Of a stretch of DNA of 64,000 bases, positions 19,468 to 31,873 are shown in pieces. The position numbers and the translations under genes were made by a program. Each line of letters starts with the position of its first letter. The stretch's first letter is position 1. The stretch spans positions 14,284 to 78,283 of the forward strand of contig CAUWGA010000001.1 of the NCBI GenBank assembly GCA_963558245.1, in the 5' to 3' direction. A model generated the notes under the pieces. That model was not told the DNA's origin. It searched no databases and saw only the letters and a program-made list of their open reading frames with translations. The DNA comes from an uncultured Clostridia bacterium. Its GTDB lineage: Bacteria > Bacillota > Clostridia > TANB77 > CAG-508.

Positions 19468-19905
19468 TTATTTTAATGCTTTGTTAATATTTTCTGATTT
19501 ATATCCTTTTTTTAATAAATATTGTTTAATTTCTTCTTGTTCCATTGATGTTGATTTTTTATATATTATATTTTCAGCTGATTTTATTTCATATTCTTCT
19601 AGTTCTTCTTTATTTTCATAAAAATAGTCTTCTATATCTTCTTTTTTTAATCCTTTGGATAATAATTTATATTGTATTTCTCTTTTAGATAAGTTTTTTA
19701 ATGCTATAAAGTTATTTATTGTTTTTCTTATATATTCTTTATCATCAATATATTTTGCTTCTTTTAAATATTCTATTATATCTTCTAATAAATTTTCTTC
19801 TATGCTTTTTTTAAATTTAGTTCTTACTTCATTTTCACTTCTTTTTTTATATAAAATATATCTTAATATTTTTGTTTTTTCTCTATCAAATTCTTCTACA
19901 GTGTA
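19468..19905 (-). CDS. recX: recombination regulator RecX
   Basis: immediately downstream of recA; triple helical-repeat pattern (ILRYILYKKRSENEVRTKF, EDIIEYLKEAKYIDDKEY, KREIQYKLLSKGL) typical of RecX; likely start MYTVEEF (ORF track extends to 19959). Confidence 0.75.
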   Translation of the reverse strand, partial: YTVEEFDREKTKILRYILYKKRSENEVRTKFKKSIEENLLEDIIEYLKEAKYIDDKEYIRKTINNFIALKNLSKREIQYKLLSKGLKKEDIEDYFYENKEELEEYEIKSAENIIYKKSTSMEQEEIKQYLLKKGYKSENINKALK

Positions 19906-20090
19906 CATTTTTTCCTTCTTTCTTTTAGATATTTTACTATATATTGATGTAAATATCAAGTAAAAAATAACCCTTCTTATTAAACCATGTAGTTTAGTAA
20001 AAAAGGGTTATTTTATAATACTTCTATTATATTTTTATTTAATTTTAAAAATACATTTTATATCAAAGTTTTATAACCAATTTATTCTTC

Positions 20091-21188
20091 TTATTCTTCG
20101 TCTTCTTGACTTGGTAATTCTTCGCCTAAACTTTGTTCAAATGCTTTTGCAAAATTTTCTCTTACTTTTTCTTCTATATCTTCTAATATTTCTGGATTTT
20201 CACGAAGATATTTTTTTACATTTTCTCTTCCTTGTCCAATTCTTTCTCCATCATAACTAAACCAAGAACCTGCTTTATCCACAATATCTAAATTTACTGC
20301 CATATCTAGTATATTACCTTCTTTTGATATACCTTGTCCATATACTATATCAAATTCAGCTTCTCTAAATGGTGGAGCAACTTTATTTTTTATTACTTTA
20401 ACACGTACTCTATTTCCTTTCACTTCTCCATCTTGTTTTATATTTTCTATTTTTCTGATGTCCATTCTAACTGATGCATAAAATTTTAATGCTCTACCAC
20501 CAGTTGTTGTTTCAGGATTTCCAAACATAACTCCAATTTTTTCCCTTAATTGGTTTATAAATATTAATACTGTTTTTGATTTATTAATTGCTCCTGCTAG
20601 TTTTCTTAAAGCTTGTGACATTAATCTTGCTTGTAATCCCATATGAGAATCTCCCATATCTCCATCTATTTCAGCCTTTGGAACAAGTGCTGCAACAGAG
20701 TCAACTACTATAACATCTAATGCTCCACTTCTAACTAAACTTTCAGTAATTTCTAATGCTTGCTCTCCTGTATCTGGTTGTGAAACAATTAAATTATCAA
20801 TATCTACTCCTAGTTTTTTAGCATATACTGGGTCTAATGCATGCTCTGCATCTATAAAAGCTGCTTCTCCACCCATTTTTTGTGCTTCTGCTACAATATG
20901 TAATGCTAATGTTGTTTTTCCAGAAGATTCTGGTCCAAATACTTCTATAATTCTTCCTCTTGGAACTCCTCCTATACCTAAAGCTATATCTAAGCTTAAA
21001 GCTCCTGTTGGAATAGCTTCTATTTCCATTGCTTTAAACTCTCCAAGTTTCATAACTGAACCTTTACCAAATTGCTTTTCTATTTGACTCATTGCTGCTT
21101 CCAATGCTTTTCTTTTTTCTGCATTTTCTTCCATAATTTCCTCCTTAACTTCTTTGAACTTTTGTTTGCTGATGACATTATATAACAA
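20091..21188 (-). CDS. recA: recombinase RecA
   Basis: 365 aa; [41 protein letters not shown] (Walker A), and L1/L2 loop regions conserved. Confidence 0.97.
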   Translation of the reverse strand: MLYNVISKQKFKEVKEEIMEENAEKRKALEAAMSQIEKQFGKGSVMKLGEFKAMEIEAIPTGALSLDIALGIGGVPRGRIIEVFGPESSGKTTLALHIVAEAQKMGGEAAFIDAEHALDPVYAKKLGVDIDNLIVSQPDTGEQALEITESLVRSGALDVIVVDSVAALVPKAEIDGDMGDSHMGLQARLMSQALRKLAGAINKSKTVLIFINQLREKIGVMFGNPETTTGGRALKFYASVRMDIRKIENIKQDGEVKGNRVRVKVIKNKVAPPFREAEFDIVYGQGISKEGNILDMAVNLDIVDKAGSWFSYDGERIGQGRENVKKYLRENPEILEDIEEKVRENFAKAFEQSLGEELPSQEDEE

Positions 21189-21224
21189 ATATTTGTTTTG
21201 TCAATACTTTTTTAATTTTTTTTA

Positions 21225-22808
21225 CTATTTATACCATCCTTCTATTCCATAAAACATATTAAACCAGTTAGGTGTAAGGTCTCCGACTAATTGTGAACTA
21301 TATGCTATTGTATATTTATTGTTGTATAAACTTACATATGGAATATCCGATTTATATATTTCAATTAATCTTTTGTATTTTTCTTTTAATACATTTTCAT
21401 CAGTTGTATTATTTACTTCTGCCATAATATTTGCAACTTCTTCATTTGCATAATTGGATAAATTATTGTTTCCAAAAAATAATTCTAAATTTGGACTAGG
21501 AGATAATGTCATACTACATAATGCAATATCAAAATTTCTACTATTTATCATATTATTATACTGCTCATCAGAAGCTTGTATTATATTAATTCTTATGCCT
21601 TGGTTTTCTAATTGTTGTTCTATATTTTGCGCTACAGATACTTTACTTGAATCACTTGCTCTTACTAATAAATTCAACTCAATTCTTTGATTCTTTTTAT
21701 TTTCTACTTTTTGCCAATAATTATTTTTATAATTCCAACCTGAATCAACTAAAATTTGTTTTGCTTGTTCGGCATTATAACCACTACTTGCTTCTTCTTG
21801 ATATAGCCAATTACCATAGTCTAAAGGAAAGCTACAAGATACATTTTTGCTATTAAATATATTTGAAGTTATATTTTCTTTATCTATAGAATATGATATT
21901 GATTTTCTTATTTCTTGCTTATTTAATAATTCATTAGAAACATTTAATGCTAAAAATGTATGTTCACGTCCTTTAACTTCTTTAGGTGTATATCCTATAC
22001 TACCTATATAATCTTGAACATTGACATTATCAGTTGCAATTGCATCTAAATTTCCTATTTTAAAGCTATTATATAATTCACCTACTGAAGAATATAAATT
22101 GACTGTTATTTTTTCCAAAATTGTATTTTTTTCTTTATTCCACCAATTAGTATTTTTTTCCAATATTATATAAGATGATTGCACATCTGATATTTTAAAT
22201 TTACCTGTTCCTATTGGAGAATTATTTTTAGAGGTTGTAGCAAAATCTTCTCCTTGATAATATTCTTTACATAGTATTGGAAAAGTTAGATTATACTCAA
22301 AAAATGGTACTTCTTGGCTTAGATTTATTCTTACTGTGTAATCATCAATAATTTCTATTCCAGTAACATATTCTACATTTGCAGAATATATCGTTTGTGT
22401 ATCTTTTAGTCTATCTATTGTAAACTGGACATCTTCTGCAGTAAAAGACTGTCCATTTGACCATCTAACATTTTCTCGTAGTTTAATTAAATATGAATTA
22501 TCACTTTGTTTTGCCCATTCTTTTGCTAAACAAGGAACTGCTTTATAGTCTGATGATAAATCTACCAATGGTTCATATATTAATTTTGTCACTTGCTGAA
22601 CATTTTTATTATTACTAAGTATAGGATTTATAGTATCTAATTCTGCTATTCCTATCTTTATTTCTTTAATTTTATCATCCTGATTACTTGCCGTATATTC
22701 TTGCTCTTGCTTTTTTACTTCTTCATCTTTTTTTATTATATATATAGCAAATACTAATAGAATTATAATAATTACTATAAACAAATATTTAATCCAATTT
22801 GATTTCAT
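21225..22808 (-). CDS. solute-binding protein family 5 (OppA/DppA-like), N-terminally membrane-anchored, with no adjacent permease genes
   Basis: 527 aa; single N-terminal TM helix; SBP_bac_5 core (LVDLSSDYKAVPCLAKEW, VRWSNGQSFTAEDVQFTIDRL). Confidence 0.75.
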   Translation of the reverse strand: MKSNWIKYLFIVIIIILLVFAIYIIKKDEEVKKQEQEYTASNQDDKIKEIKIGIAELDTINPILSNNKNVQQVTKLIYEPLVDLSSDYKAVPCLAKEWAKQSDNSYLIKLRENVRWSNGQSFTAEDVQFTIDRLKDTQTIYSANVEYVTGIEIIDDYTVRINLSQEVPFFEYNLTFPILCKEYYQGEDFATTSKNNSPIGTGKFKISDVQSSYIILEKNTNWWNKEKNTILEKITVNLYSSVGELYNSFKIGNLDAIATDNVNVQDYIGSIGYTPKEVKGREHTFLALNVSNELLNKQEIRKSISYSIDKENITSNIFNSKNVSCSFPLDYGNWLYQEEASSGYNAEQAKQILVDSGWNYKNNYWQKVENKKNQRIELNLLVRASDSSKVSVAQNIEQQLENQGIRINIIQASDEQYNNMINSRNFDIALCSMTLSPSPNLELFFGNNNLSNYANEEVANIMAEVNNTTDENVLKEKYKRLIEIYKSDIPYVSLYNNKYTIAYSSQLVGDLTPNWFNMFYGIEGWYK

Positions 22809-22883
22809 TTTTTCACCCTCTATACATTGCTAATAATACATTAAAATTCATAAAATTTCAAGTTCTAATATGATTTTTTCCTT

Positions 22884-23046
22884 AATGTCCAATTGGGGTC
22901 AGGTCCAAAGTGGACATTTTCTGTGATTATAAATAAAACTCGAGTATATAGTATAAAGCATTTTTTATAATATATACTCGAGTTTCTTATTATAATAAAT
23001 ATATTTTGTAAAATGTCCACTTTGGACCTGACCCCAATTGGACATT
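22884..23046. mobile_element. nested-palindrome MITE-like element (copy C; 163 bp; 37-bp TIRs, inner IR, no core)
   Basis: aatgtccaattggggtcaggtccaaagtggacatttt ... aaaatgtccactttggacctgaccccaattggacatt; inner IR aaaactcgagtatata / tatatactcgagttt; lies between the start of the SBP gene and the spoVS stop. Confidence 0.85.
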
Positions 23047-23065
23047 CACTCTATATAAAACTTTT

Positions 23066-23329
23066 TTATGTTCTTGACTCTACAATTAATTTTATTCCTG
23101 TTCTGTCTTCTCCTTCAACTTCTACTTCTGCAAATGCTGGTATGCAAACTAAATCTACTCCTGCTGGTGCTACAAAACCTCTTGCTATAGCTACCGCTTT
23201 AACTGCTTGATTTAATGCTCCTGCTCCAATTGCTTGCATTTCTGCTTTGTTTGATTCTTTTACCAATCCAGCTATTGCTCCTGCAACTGAATTTGGGTTT
23301 GATTTTGATGAAATTTTTAGAATTTCCAT
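23066..23329 (-). CDS. spoVS: stage V sporulation protein S
   Basis: 87 aa; near-invariant SpoVS sequence (KISSKSNPNSVAGAIAG, QAIGAGALNQAVKAVAIARGF). Confidence 0.92.
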   Translation of the reverse strand: MEILKISSKSNPNSVAGAIAGLVKESNKAEMQAIGAGALNQAVKAVAIARGFVAPAGVDLVCIPAFAEVEVEGEDRTGIKLIVESRT

Positions 23330-23634
23330 TTTCTTTTGCCTCCTATAATTTTTATTTTTGTTGTTGCAACTTTTACATTTTCCATTTTACAATATTTGGA
23401 AATACTTGTAAATACCTTTTACATATTTTTCCAATAAAGTTATCGCAAAAATATATTATATTCGACAAAAATTACTATTATTATGTATAAAATTTTAAGT
23501 TATATCTTTTTTCATATTATATATTTATGTTAAATGTTTTTATATTTATAGTATTTTAAAATTTGGATATTACAACACATATGGTATAAAATTCTGAATT
23601 TTAAATTATTATAGTCTAAATAGTAACTTTTTTA

Positions 23635-24405
23635 TTATTTATTTATTCTATAAATATTTGATACTTTATTTGTATTATCATCAATTTCAAACACTACAGA
23701 ATTTAACATGCATTCACCTGTTGCTATTTTATATCTTTCTGGAAGTGTGGTAACAAATCTTTTTATTGATGCATCCATATCCATTCCAATTACTGATTCT
23801 TTTGGCCCAGTCATTCCTATATCAGTTATATATCCTGTTCCCTTCTTTAAAACTGTTTCATCCGCAGTTTGTACATGAGTATGTGTTCCATATAGTAAAG
23901 TAACCTCACCGTCTAAATAACGTGCCATAGCAATTTTTTCTGCTGTAGCTTCTGCGTGAAAATCTATTGCGATTATATCTACATCATGTTTTATTTTTTC
24001 TATAATTTCTTTAGCTACTATAAATGGATTTTCTGAAAGAACATTTACATCTACTCTACCTATTAAATTAATTACTGCAATTTTTTTATCATTGCATTTA
24101 TAAATATTATATCCCTTACCTACAATGCCTTTTGTATAATTGGCTGGTCTTAACAATTTTGGATGGTCAATAAATTTAAAAATATCTTTTTTTCCCCAAG
24201 TGTGATTTCCCATTGTTATTACATCAATTTTTTCTTCTAATAAATCATTAAAGTTTCTTTGGGTAATTCCCATCCCTTCTCCAGCATTTTCTCCATTTAC
24301 TATTACAAAATCTATATTTTCTTGCTCGCAAATATTTTTTAATTCTTTTTTTAATTTACTTACGCCTGCATTTCCTACTAAATCTCCTACAGCTAAAATT
24401 TTCAA
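23635..24405 (-). CDS. ymdB: YmdB-family metallophosphoesterase (2',3'-cyclic-nucleotide 2'-phosphodiesterase)
   Basis: 256 aa; MKILAVGDLVG, GENAGEGMGIT, MGNHTW motifs; located between rny and spoVS as in Bacillus. Confidence 0.88.
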   Translation of the reverse strand: MKILAVGDLVGNAGVSKLKKELKNICEQENIDFVIVNGENAGEGMGITQRNFNDLLEEKIDVITMGNHTWGKKDIFKFIDHPKLLRPANYTKGIVGKGYNIYKCNDKKIAVINLIGRVDVNVLSENPFIVAKEIIEKIKHDVDIIAIDFHAEATAEKIAMARYLDGEVTLLYGTHTHVQTADETVLKKGTGYITDIGMTGPKESVIGMDMDASIKRFVTTLPERYKIATGECMLNSVVFEIDDNTNKVSNIYRINK

Positions 24406-24508
24406 ACTAAATTCCTTCTTTCTATATTTATTCTTCTTTTAAACTCTATAATCAATTTCTATGATACTATAAAATCATATTAGTGTCAAATTATAAAAAT
24501 TCTTAAAT

Positions 24509-24603
24509 CATGTGGCTACGACACACAAAGTATTTTTATATTATATACTTGAGTTTTATAAATAATATAATTTTCCAGAATGGCCACTTAAAAAATGTCC
24601 CCC
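24509..24603. repeat. decayed right-half remnant of a copy-B-type MITE (core 3' end plus inner IR plus degenerate TIR)
   Basis: atgtggctacgacacacaaagtatttttatattatatacttgagtttt aligns with copy B 11323-11369; followed by a degenerate agaatggccactt...aaaaaatgtccccc. Confidence 0.6.
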
Positions 24604-24650
24604 ATCTAGACAAAAAAAGAGTTATGCTTTTATTGGCATAACTCTAAATT

Positions 24651-26198
24651 TTATTTTGCATAATCTACAACTCTTGTTTCTCTAATGATGTTTACCTTAA
24701 TTTGACCTGGATAGTCCATTTCGTTTTCTACTTTGTTTGCTACATCTCTTGCAAGTATTGTCATTTGATCATCTGTAATTTTTTCTGGTTTAACTACTAT
24801 TCTTACTTCACGACCTGCTTGTATTGCAAATGATTTTTCAACACCTTCAAATGAATCTGCAATTTCTTCAAGATTTTGTAGTCTTTTAATATATGCTTCT
24901 AATGTTTCTCTTCTTGCTCCTGGTCTTGATGCTGATATAGCATCTGCGGCTTGTACTAAAACAGCTTCTAATGTTTGTGGTTCTACATCTCCATGATGTG
25001 CTTCAACTGCATTTATCACTAATGGGTTTTCTTTGTATTTCTTTAATACATCTACACCTATTTCTACATGTGTTCCTTCCATATCATGATCTAATGCTTT
25101 TCCTATATCATGTAAAAGACCTGCACGTCTTGCAAGTTTAGGATCTAACCCTAATTCATCTGCCATTATTCTTGCTAAGTTTGAAACTTCTATAGAATGA
25201 TTTAATACATTTTGTCCATAACTTGTCCTATATTTTAGTTTTCCAAGTAATTTTACAATGTCAGGATGAAGTCCTATAACACCTGTTTCTAAGACTGCTC
25301 TTTCTCCTTCTTCTTTTATAGTATTTTCTACTTCTTCCTTAGCTTTTTCTACCATTTCTTCAATTTTAGCTGGATGAATTCTTCCATCTTCGATTAATTT
25401 TTCTAATGCTATTTTTGCAACTTCCCTTCTTAATGGATCAAATCCTGATAGCACTACTGCTTCTGGTGTATCATCAATTATTAAGTCAATTCCTGTTAAA
25501 GTTTCTAGAGCTTTTATATTTCTACCTTCTCTACCTATTATTCTTCCTTTCATTTCATCACTTGGAAGCGCTACTATAGATACTGTTGTTTCTTGAGAAT
25601 GGTCTGCTGCACATTTTTGTATTGCATAGCAAAGCATTTCTTTTGCTTCTTTTCCAACTGTTTCCTTTGCTTTTTGTTCTTGTTCTCTAATTAATGCGGC
25701 TTTTTCAGCTACTAATTCTTTTTCCATTTCATTTAATAATCGTGCTTTAGCTTCTTCTTTTGTTAAAGCTGCTATTTTTTGAAGTTCTATCATTTCTTGT
25801 TCATGTAATTTTTCGATTTTCTCTTTTTGTTCTTCAATTTTTTGAAGTTCTTGTTCCAATTCTCTTTCTTTCTTCTCAAAATTATCTGAACGTCTTTCTA
25901 AATTTTCTTCTTTTTGAATTAGTCTTGCTTCTTGTCTTTGTACTTCGCCTCTTCTTTCTTTAATCTCTTGGTCTAATTCTTTACGACTTGCCATTATTTC
26001 TTCTTTTGCTTTAAAAATTTCTTCTTTTTTTAAGTTTTCGGCTTCTTTTTTTGCTAAATCTACTAATCTTTTTGCTTCGTTCTCTGCCCCTTGTATTTTA
26101 GACTCTGCAACTTTCTTCCTATATGCTATACCTATTGGAATTCCAATTGCAAGTGAGATTAAGACAGCGGCGATAGTGATTACTATTGTCATAATCAT
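24651..26198 (-). CDS. rny: ribonuclease Y
   Basis: 515 aa; N-terminal TM anchor, long coiled-coil, KH domain ([13 protein letters not shown]), HD domain (GLLHDIGKA). Confidence 0.95.
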   Translation of the reverse strand: MIMTIVITIAAVLISLAIGIPIGIAYRKKVAESKIQGAENEAKRLVDLAKKEAENLKKEEIFKAKEEIMASRKELDQEIKERRGEVQRQEARLIQKEENLERRSDNFEKKERELEQELQKIEEQKEKIEKLHEQEMIELQKIAALTKEEAKARLLNEMEKELVAEKAALIREQEQKAKETVGKEAKEMLCYAIQKCAADHSQETTVSIVALPSDEMKGRIIGREGRNIKALETLTGIDLIIDDTPEAVVLSGFDPLRREVAKIALEKLIEDGRIHPAKIEEMVEKAKEEVENTIKEEGERAVLETGVIGLHPDIVKLLGKLKYRTSYGQNVLNHSIEVSNLARIMADELGLDPKLARRAGLLHDIGKALDHDMEGTHVEIGVDVLKKYKENPLVINAVEAHHGDVEPQTLEAVLVQAADAISASRPGARRETLEAYIKRLQNLEEIADSFEGVEKSFAIQAGREVRIVVKPEKITDDQMTILARDVANKVENEMDYPGQIKVNIIRETRVVDYAK

Positions 26199-26512
26199 AC
26201 ACCTCTTTCTTATTTAATTTTCAATGTTCGAATAAAATATATGTAATTATTATTTTTAAAAATATATTTTTTCCTACCTATTATATTTTATCGTTATTAT
26301 TGTAAACTGTCAAGTAAATATATGAAAAAGAACAAGGAAAATTATAGCTAATAGTTATATAAAATTATATAAACTTACTTTAAAAGCAATTGTATTATAT
26401 TTTTTCATTATCTTTGTTTAAGAAAATGTAATTTATTTTATTAAAATATTTTCTTAAAATTCTCCAGATTTTGTTAAAAATATCCTACAATTGCTTTTAA
26501 GGTAAGTTATTT

Positions 26513-27514
26513 CTACTCTTTTTCTGTATCTACAGTTATTTTTTGACCATTTGAAATAACTGTTATTGTTCCATTTTTATCCGTTCTATAAATTGTACTT
26601 CCTATTTTTTCTAGTCTTTCTAATATTTCTTGCTTTGGTAATCCATAGCTATTTCCTTCTTCTACCATAATTATACTAATCTTTGGTCTTGTTTGGCTTA
26701 AAAACTTAGTTGAGCTACTTGTTTTTGAACCATGATGTCCTACTTTTAGTAAATCTACATTTTTCCATTCTATCGTATCTTCATTTTCTTTTTCTGCATC
26801 TCCCATAAATAAAAATGTATTATTTCCATATTGAAGTTGTAATGTAATTGAAGATAAATTTATATTGTCTTTATTTATAATACTATCTGTCATAATTTTT
26901 ATATTCGCATCACCCAGAGTTAATTTATCTCCTTTTTTAGGTGCAGTTACTTTTAATCCTTTGTTTTTAATTGCATTCAACACATCTTCAAACGTTTTCG
27001 TATTAGTTTGCATTTTTGGCATGAGTATATTTTCTATTTTTATATCACTATTTATAACATCGTCAAGCCCTCCTATATGATCTTCATGAGGATGAGTTCC
27101 TATTAAATAATCTAATTTTTTTATCCCTTTATTTTTAACAAAGTTTACTACCATTTCTCCATCTTCATTGTTTCCTGCATCTATTAGCATATTGTGTTCT
27201 TTATTAGATACTAAAATACTATCCGCTTGTCCTACATCAATAAAATACACTTTTAAGTTCTCATCAATATTTAAATTAATGTTTTCATCAGTATTGTTTT
27301 GTTTAACTTCATGGTTAGTAGTTTCCACATTTTCTATTCCTAGCTGTTTTGCTAAATTTTGTATTTCTGGTGTATTAAATCCTAAAACACCTGCTAAAAT
27401 CACAATGATAATTCCTATTATTCCAGCTAATATTTTTTTATTTTTACTATTTAATCCTTTGTTTTTTCTTTTTCCCATTTTTATACCCCTAAATAAATTT
27501 TTATTTAATTCCAT
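26513..27514 (-). CDS. ComEC C-terminal-like MBL-fold metallohydrolase, membrane-anchored
   Basis: 333 aa; signal/anchor helix then metallo-beta-lactamase motif GTHPHEDHIGG. Confidence 0.75.
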   Translation of the reverse strand: MELNKNLFRGIKMGKRKNKGLNSKNKKILAGIIGIIIVILAGVLGFNTPEIQNLAKQLGIENVETTNHEVKQNNTDENINLNIDENLKVYFIDVGQADSILVSNKEHNMLIDAGNNEDGEMVVNFVKNKGIKKLDYLIGTHPHEDHIGGLDDVINSDIKIENILMPKMQTNTKTFEDVLNAIKNKGLKVTAPKKGDKLTLGDANIKIMTDSIINKDNINLSSITLQLQYGNNTFLFMGDAEKENEDTIEWKNVDLLKVGHHGSKTSSSTKFLSQTRPKISIIMVEEGNSYGLPKQEILERLEKIGSTIYRTDKNGTITVISNGQKITVDTEKE

Positions 27515-27852
27515 AGCTCTTGCATCTTATCAGATATTCTTTGTGATATATTATTTGTTTTATCTATATTCAAAATAAATTTCCCATTAATTTTATCTAA
27601 TATATTTCCCTCTTTAGTTCCTTTTGGTAATTTATCTTTTTCTATTTCAATAATTTTTCCTGTTTTCCTATCTTCCAAAATTGCTATATTTCCTTCTATT
27701 CTATCTAATGTGAATTCTTCTATTGCATCTAATTTTTGTGCTAATTCTATTTCATCTTTGGTTAATCTTTCGCTTTTGTCAATTATTTTTTCATCGTTTA
27801 TTGTTTTTGATATATTTTCTAATATCTCTTTTCCTATTTCTCCTAAGTCCAT
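27505..27852 (-). CDS. DUF3006-family small protein
   Basis: 115 aa; DRIEGNIAILEDRKTGKIIEIEKDKLPKGTKEGNIL matches the DUF3006 pattern; overlaps the preceding MBL gene by 10 nt, a frequent pairing. Confidence 0.6.
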   Translation of the reverse strand: MDLGEIGKEILENISKTINDEKIIDKSERLTKDEIELAQKLDAIEEFTLDRIEGNIAILEDRKTGKIIEIEKDKLPKGTKEGNILDKINGKFILNIDKTNNISQRISDKMQELWN

Positions 27853-27954
27853 TTTCGCTCCTTTCCTAATTTTAAGTTATTTCTATTCTAATCTATAGTC
27901 CTTATTTTTATGTTTGATGTTTCTTATATAACATATTATTTTTATTTTTTCAAC

Positions 27955-27995
27955 ACAAAAAATAGGCGGTTATTTTCTAATTCCGCCTATTTTCT
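27955..27995 (-). terminator. rho-independent terminator downstream of ileS
   Basis: AATAGGCGG...CCGCCTATT 9-bp GC-containing stem with a flanking T-run on the minus strand. Confidence 0.65.
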
Positions 27996-27999
27996 ATTG

Positions 28000-30900
28000 T
28001 TATTTAACTAATTCTACTTCTATGTCTAAATTTTGACCATTTATGTTTGTTGCTACATAATTGTCTCTTTCTTCATGATATACGATTTTTTCTGCTAAAG
28101 TATCATGTTTAATTAGTTCTTCATTTTCTTTTATAACTCTTTCTAAATCACTATCTCCAGCTACATATAAATTGATATGGTCCAATACTTCAAAGCCTTG
28201 GTCTTTTCTCATGTTTTGTACTTTTGAAAGTACTTCACGAACATATCCTTCTTCTTTTAGTTCTTTTGTTATATTAGTATCTAATACAACCCCCATCTCT
28301 CCTTCTCCACTAAATGCAAAACCATCTTTTCCTTGCATTGTAACCAATAAATTATCTGCATTTAATTCGATTTGTGTGTCACCAATTTCAATATATTCGC
28401 ATTTTCCGTTTTTAACTTTAGTAGCTAATTCCATTTGATTTAGTTTTCCAAGTTCTTCTCTTATTCTAGGTATTAATTTTCCATATTCTTTTCCTAAAAC
28501 TGGTAAATTTGGTTTTATTTCAAAGTCTACATATTTATTCATTTCAGCACCTAGTTTTACTTCTTTTACATTTAATTCTTCTTTTACTATGTCTTCGTAA
28601 TATTTAGGTAATGTATCTACTGAAATAAGCATTTCTGAAAGTGGTTGTCTATTTTTAATATTTGCAGAATTTCTTGCACTTCTACCTAATTTTACAATTT
28701 TATATGCTAAATCCATTTCTTTTTCAAGTTCTTCATTTATTGTGCTTTCATCTACTTCTGGCCATAAGCATAAGTGAACACTTTCAGGTGCATTGTTATC
28801 TAATCCTACTACTAAGTTTTGGTATATTTCGTCTGTCATAAATGGTACAAATGGCGCTGCAACTTTTATTAATGTTGTTAATACTTTGTATAAAGTTACA
28901 TATGCTCCAATTTTATCATCTGTTAGACTTTCTGACCAAAATCTTTCTCTATTTCTACGTACATACCAGTTTGATAGTTCATCTGTGAAACTTTCAATTT
29001 CTAATGCTGCACTTGTTATATCATAACTTTCTAATTTGCTGTCTACTACTTTTATTAGCGTATTTAATTTAGAAATTATCCATTTATCCATAACATTAGT
29101 TAATTCAAAATCTGAATATTTTAATGGATTAAATTGGTCTATTTCTGCATATAAAACATAGAAAGAATATACATTCCATAATGTGCTTAAAAATCCTCTT
29201 TGTGTTTCTTGCACATTTTTAATTCCTAATCGTGTAGGAAGCCATGGCGCACTACAAGTGTAGAAGTGCCAACGCGTTGCATCTGCTCCTACTGTATCTA
29301 ATAATGTCATTGGGTCTACACCATTTTTCTTTGATTTAGACATTTTTTGACCATGTTCATCTAAAACATGTCCTAAAACTATACAATTTTCAAACGGTGT
29401 TTTATTAAATAACGCTGTACCTATAGCTGTTAAAGTATAGAACCATCCTCTAGTTTGGTCTATTGCTTCTGAAATAAATCCTGCTGGGAAGTTATTTTCA
29501 AACATTTCCTTATTTTCAAATGGATAGTGCCATTGTGCAAAAGGCATTGAACCTGAATCAAACCAACAGTCGATAACTTCTTTTGCTCTATGCATTTTCT
29601 TACCACATTTCGGACATTTTAAATGTACGTCATCTATATATGGTTTGTGTAATTCGATATCTTCTGGACAATCAATTGCTTTTTCTTTTAGTTCTTCAAT
29701 AGAGCCTATACATTCTTGATGTCCGCAATTCTCATCCTCACATGTCCATACTGGGAATGGAGTTCCCCAATATCTATCTCTTGAAATTCCCCAGTCAATT
29801 ACATTTTCTAAGAATTTTCCAAATCTACCTGTTTTTATTGTTTCAGGATACCAGTTTACTTTGCTATTATTTTCAACTAATTCATCTCTTAGTTTACTCA
29901 TAGCTACAAACCAACTTTCTTTTGGATAATATAGAAGTGGTGTATCACATCTCCAGCAGTGAGGATAAGAGTGCATGTGCTTTTCTTTGCTAAATAGTTT
30001 ATTTTCTTTAGCTAGCCATTTACATATGTCTTCATTACAGTCTCTTACAAATTTACCTGCCCATGGCTCTACTTCTTTTACAAAGTTTCCTGATTTATCT
30101 ACTAAATTGACAAAAGTAATTCCATTTTGTTTTGCAACTAAGCTATCATCTTCACCATATGCTGGTGCAATATGAACTATACCTGTACCATCTGTTAGTG
30201 TAACATAATCTCCATGGATTACTTCAAATGCTTTTCCTTCAACTTTTGCAAATGGCATTAATTGTTCATATTTAACACCTAATAATTCGCTTCCTTTAAA
30301 TGTTTTTACAACTTCATATGGTGTTTCTTTTAATACCGTTTCTATTAAATCTTTAGCTAAAATATAGTTTTCATATTTAGGCTCATCATCAGTACCTATA
30401 TTTGCTTTAACCTCTGCATATTCATATGATTTATTAACACATAGTGCTAAGTTAGATGGCAAAGTCCATGGTGTAGTTGTCCATGCTAAAATATAAGTAT
30501 TTTCATCAAATTTTGTATTATCAAGTACTTTGAATTTTGCAACACAAGTCAAATCTTTTACATCTTTATAGCCTTGCGCAACTTCGTGTGATGATAACGC
30601 TGTACCACATCTTGGACAATATGGCATAACTTTGTGCCCTTCATATAAAAGTCCTTTATCCCACATTTGTTTTAATGCCCACCATACTGATTCTATATAA
30701 TTGTTATGATAAGTTACATATGGATTTTCCATGTCTACCCAATATCCAACTTTATTAGTCATTTCTTCCCACATGTGCACATAAGTGAACACACTTTCTT
30801 TGCATTTTTTTACAAATTTTTCTACTCCATATTCTTCTATTTGTTCTTTTCCTGATATTCCAAGGCTTTTTTCGATTTCTAATTCTACTGGAAGTCCATG

Positions 30901-31161
30901 TGTATCCCATCCAGCTTTACGAATAACTTTATAACCTTTCATTACTTTATAACGTGGTATAATATCTTTCATTACTCTTGTTTCGATGTGCCCAACATGA
31001 GGTTTACCATTTGCTGTTGGTGGTCCATCATAAAAAGTAAAATACCTTTTACCTTCATTCATATCAAAATTTTTCTTGATTATGTCTTTTTCCTTCCAAT
31101 TTTCCGCAACTCTACGTTCCATTCCTACGAAACCATCTTTAAGTTCAACTTTCTTATACAT
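28000..31161 (-). CDS. ileS: isoleucine--tRNA ligase (type 2, about 1050 aa)
   Basis: 1053 aa; class I signatures [12 protein letters not shown] (HIGH) and KMSKS; CP1 editing domain; C-terminal zinc-binding region. Confidence 0.95.
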   Translation of the reverse strand: MYKKVELKDGFVGMERRVAENWKEKDIIKKNFDMNEGKRYFTFYDGPPTANGKPHVGHIETRVMKDIIPRYKVMKGYKVIRKAGWDTHGLPVELEIEKSLGISGKEQIEEYGVEKFVKKCKESVFTYVHMWEEMTNKVGYWVDMENPYVTYHNNYIESVWWALKQMWDKGLLYEGHKVMPYCPRCGTALSSHEVAQGYKDVKDLTCVAKFKVLDNTKFDENTYILAWTTTPWTLPSNLALCVNKSYEYAEVKANIGTDDEPKYENYILAKDLIETVLKETPYEVVKTFKGSELLGVKYEQLMPFAKVEGKAFEVIHGDYVTLTDGTGIVHIAPAYGEDDSLVAKQNGITFVNLVDKSGNFVKEVEPWAGKFVRDCNEDICKWLAKENKLFSKEKHMHSYPHCWRCDTPLLYYPKESWFVAMSKLRDELVENNSKVNWYPETIKTGRFGKFLENVIDWGISRDRYWGTPFPVWTCEDENCGHQECIGSIEELKEKAIDCPEDIELHKPYIDDVHLKCPKCGKKMHRAKEVIDCWFDSGSMPFAQWHYPFENKEMFENNFPAGFISEAIDQTRGWFYTLTAIGTALFNKTPFENCIVLGHVLDEHGQKMSKSKKNGVDPMTLLDTVGADATRWHFYTCSAPWLPTRLGIKNVQETQRGFLSTLWNVYSFYVLYAEIDQFNPLKYSDFELTNVMDKWIISKLNTLIKVVDSKLESYDITSAALEIESFTDELSNWYVRRNRERFWSESLTDDKIGAYVTLYKVLTTLIKVAAPFVPFMTDEIYQNLVVGLDNNAPESVHLCLWPEVDESTINEELEKEMDLAYKIVKLGRSARNSANIKNRQPLSEMLISVDTLPKYYEDIVKEELNVKEVKLGAEMNKYVDFEIKPNLPVLGKEYGKLIPRIREELGKLNQMELATKVKNGKCEYIEIGDTQIELNADNLLVTMQGKDGFAFSGEGEMGVVLDTNITKELKEEGYVREVLSKVQNMRKDQGFEVLDHINLYVAGDSDLERVIKENEELIKHDTLAEKIVYHEERDNYVATNINGQNLDIEVELVK

Positions 31162-31171
31162 ATTTTTCCTC

Positions 31172-31209
31172 CTTGTCTTATTGGGGACAGGTCCAAAGTG
31201 GACATTTTC
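31172..31209. repeat. solo, partly decayed MITE terminal-repeat unit directly upstream of the ileS RBS
   Basis: cttgtcttattggggacaggtccaaagtggacatttt; the AGGAGG RBS of ileS abuts or overlaps the unit. Confidence 0.65.
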
Positions 31210-31237
31210 CGCTTTAGTTCCTATTCCTAAATATATT

Positions 31238-31498
31238 TTATTTTATATAATTACTTGAAATTGTTTTATCCAACTCAAATCTATATTTTTGACCTGTAAT
31301 ATTATCCGGTCTTTCTGGAATTTCTTCTAAAAACATTTTCTCTGGTCTTACCCAAATTTTTCTACCATCTTCTCTTTCATATAATGGTTTATATACTACC
31401 ATTCTTTCTTTTGTTTCTGAATCATAGGCTATATTCTCTACGAAATAATAGTTTCCTTTAAAATGTCTATATACTTTTCCTATTTTTACTTCTGGCAT
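31238..31498 (-). CDS. DUF1653-family small protein
   Basis: 86 aa; [13 protein letters not shown] motif characteristic of DUF1653; first gene after the T-box leader. Confidence 0.6.
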   Translation of the reverse strand: MPEVKIGKVYRHFKGNYYFVENIAYDSETKERMVVYKPLYEREDGRKIWVRPEKMFLEEIPERPDNITGQKYRFELDKTISSNYIK

Positions 31499-31596
31499 TT
31501 AATTACCTCCTTCTATTTCTGTTAGTTCAAACAAATTCTTTTTTTAATTTTTTTACAATATTTTGCAATAAATTAGTTTTCCCTTTTTCCTAAATA

Positions 31597-31866
31597 AACA
31601 AAAAATCTTCTCATCCTAATTATTAGGACGAAAAGATTTATATATCTACTCCGCGGTACCACCTAAGTTAACAATATTTATGTTTTCTATTGTTCGCTCC
31701 AAAATCTTTAACGCAGATTTACGACTAACTTACTATGATTTCAGTTTAGTGAAAACTAGGTGATAATAAATAATTTTTACTTACCAAACTTGCACCTCAC
31801 ATTGGCTCTCTTTAAAGTTATTTTATTATTTATCTTGTCCTTGTTATATTCTTTTCTTATTGATTA
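31597..31866 (-). promoter_or_regulatory. T-box riboswitch leader (probable AUC/Ile specifier) with intrinsic terminator, controlling the DUF1653-ileS operon
   Basis: minus-strand UUAGGUGGUACCGCGG T-box sequence (31651-31675 on +), then terminator aaatcttttcgtcctaat/attaggatgagaagatttttt; AGAGAG GA-motif and candidate specifier ...UUAUCACC upstream. Confidence 0.8.
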
Positions 31867-31873
31867 TGTCAAT

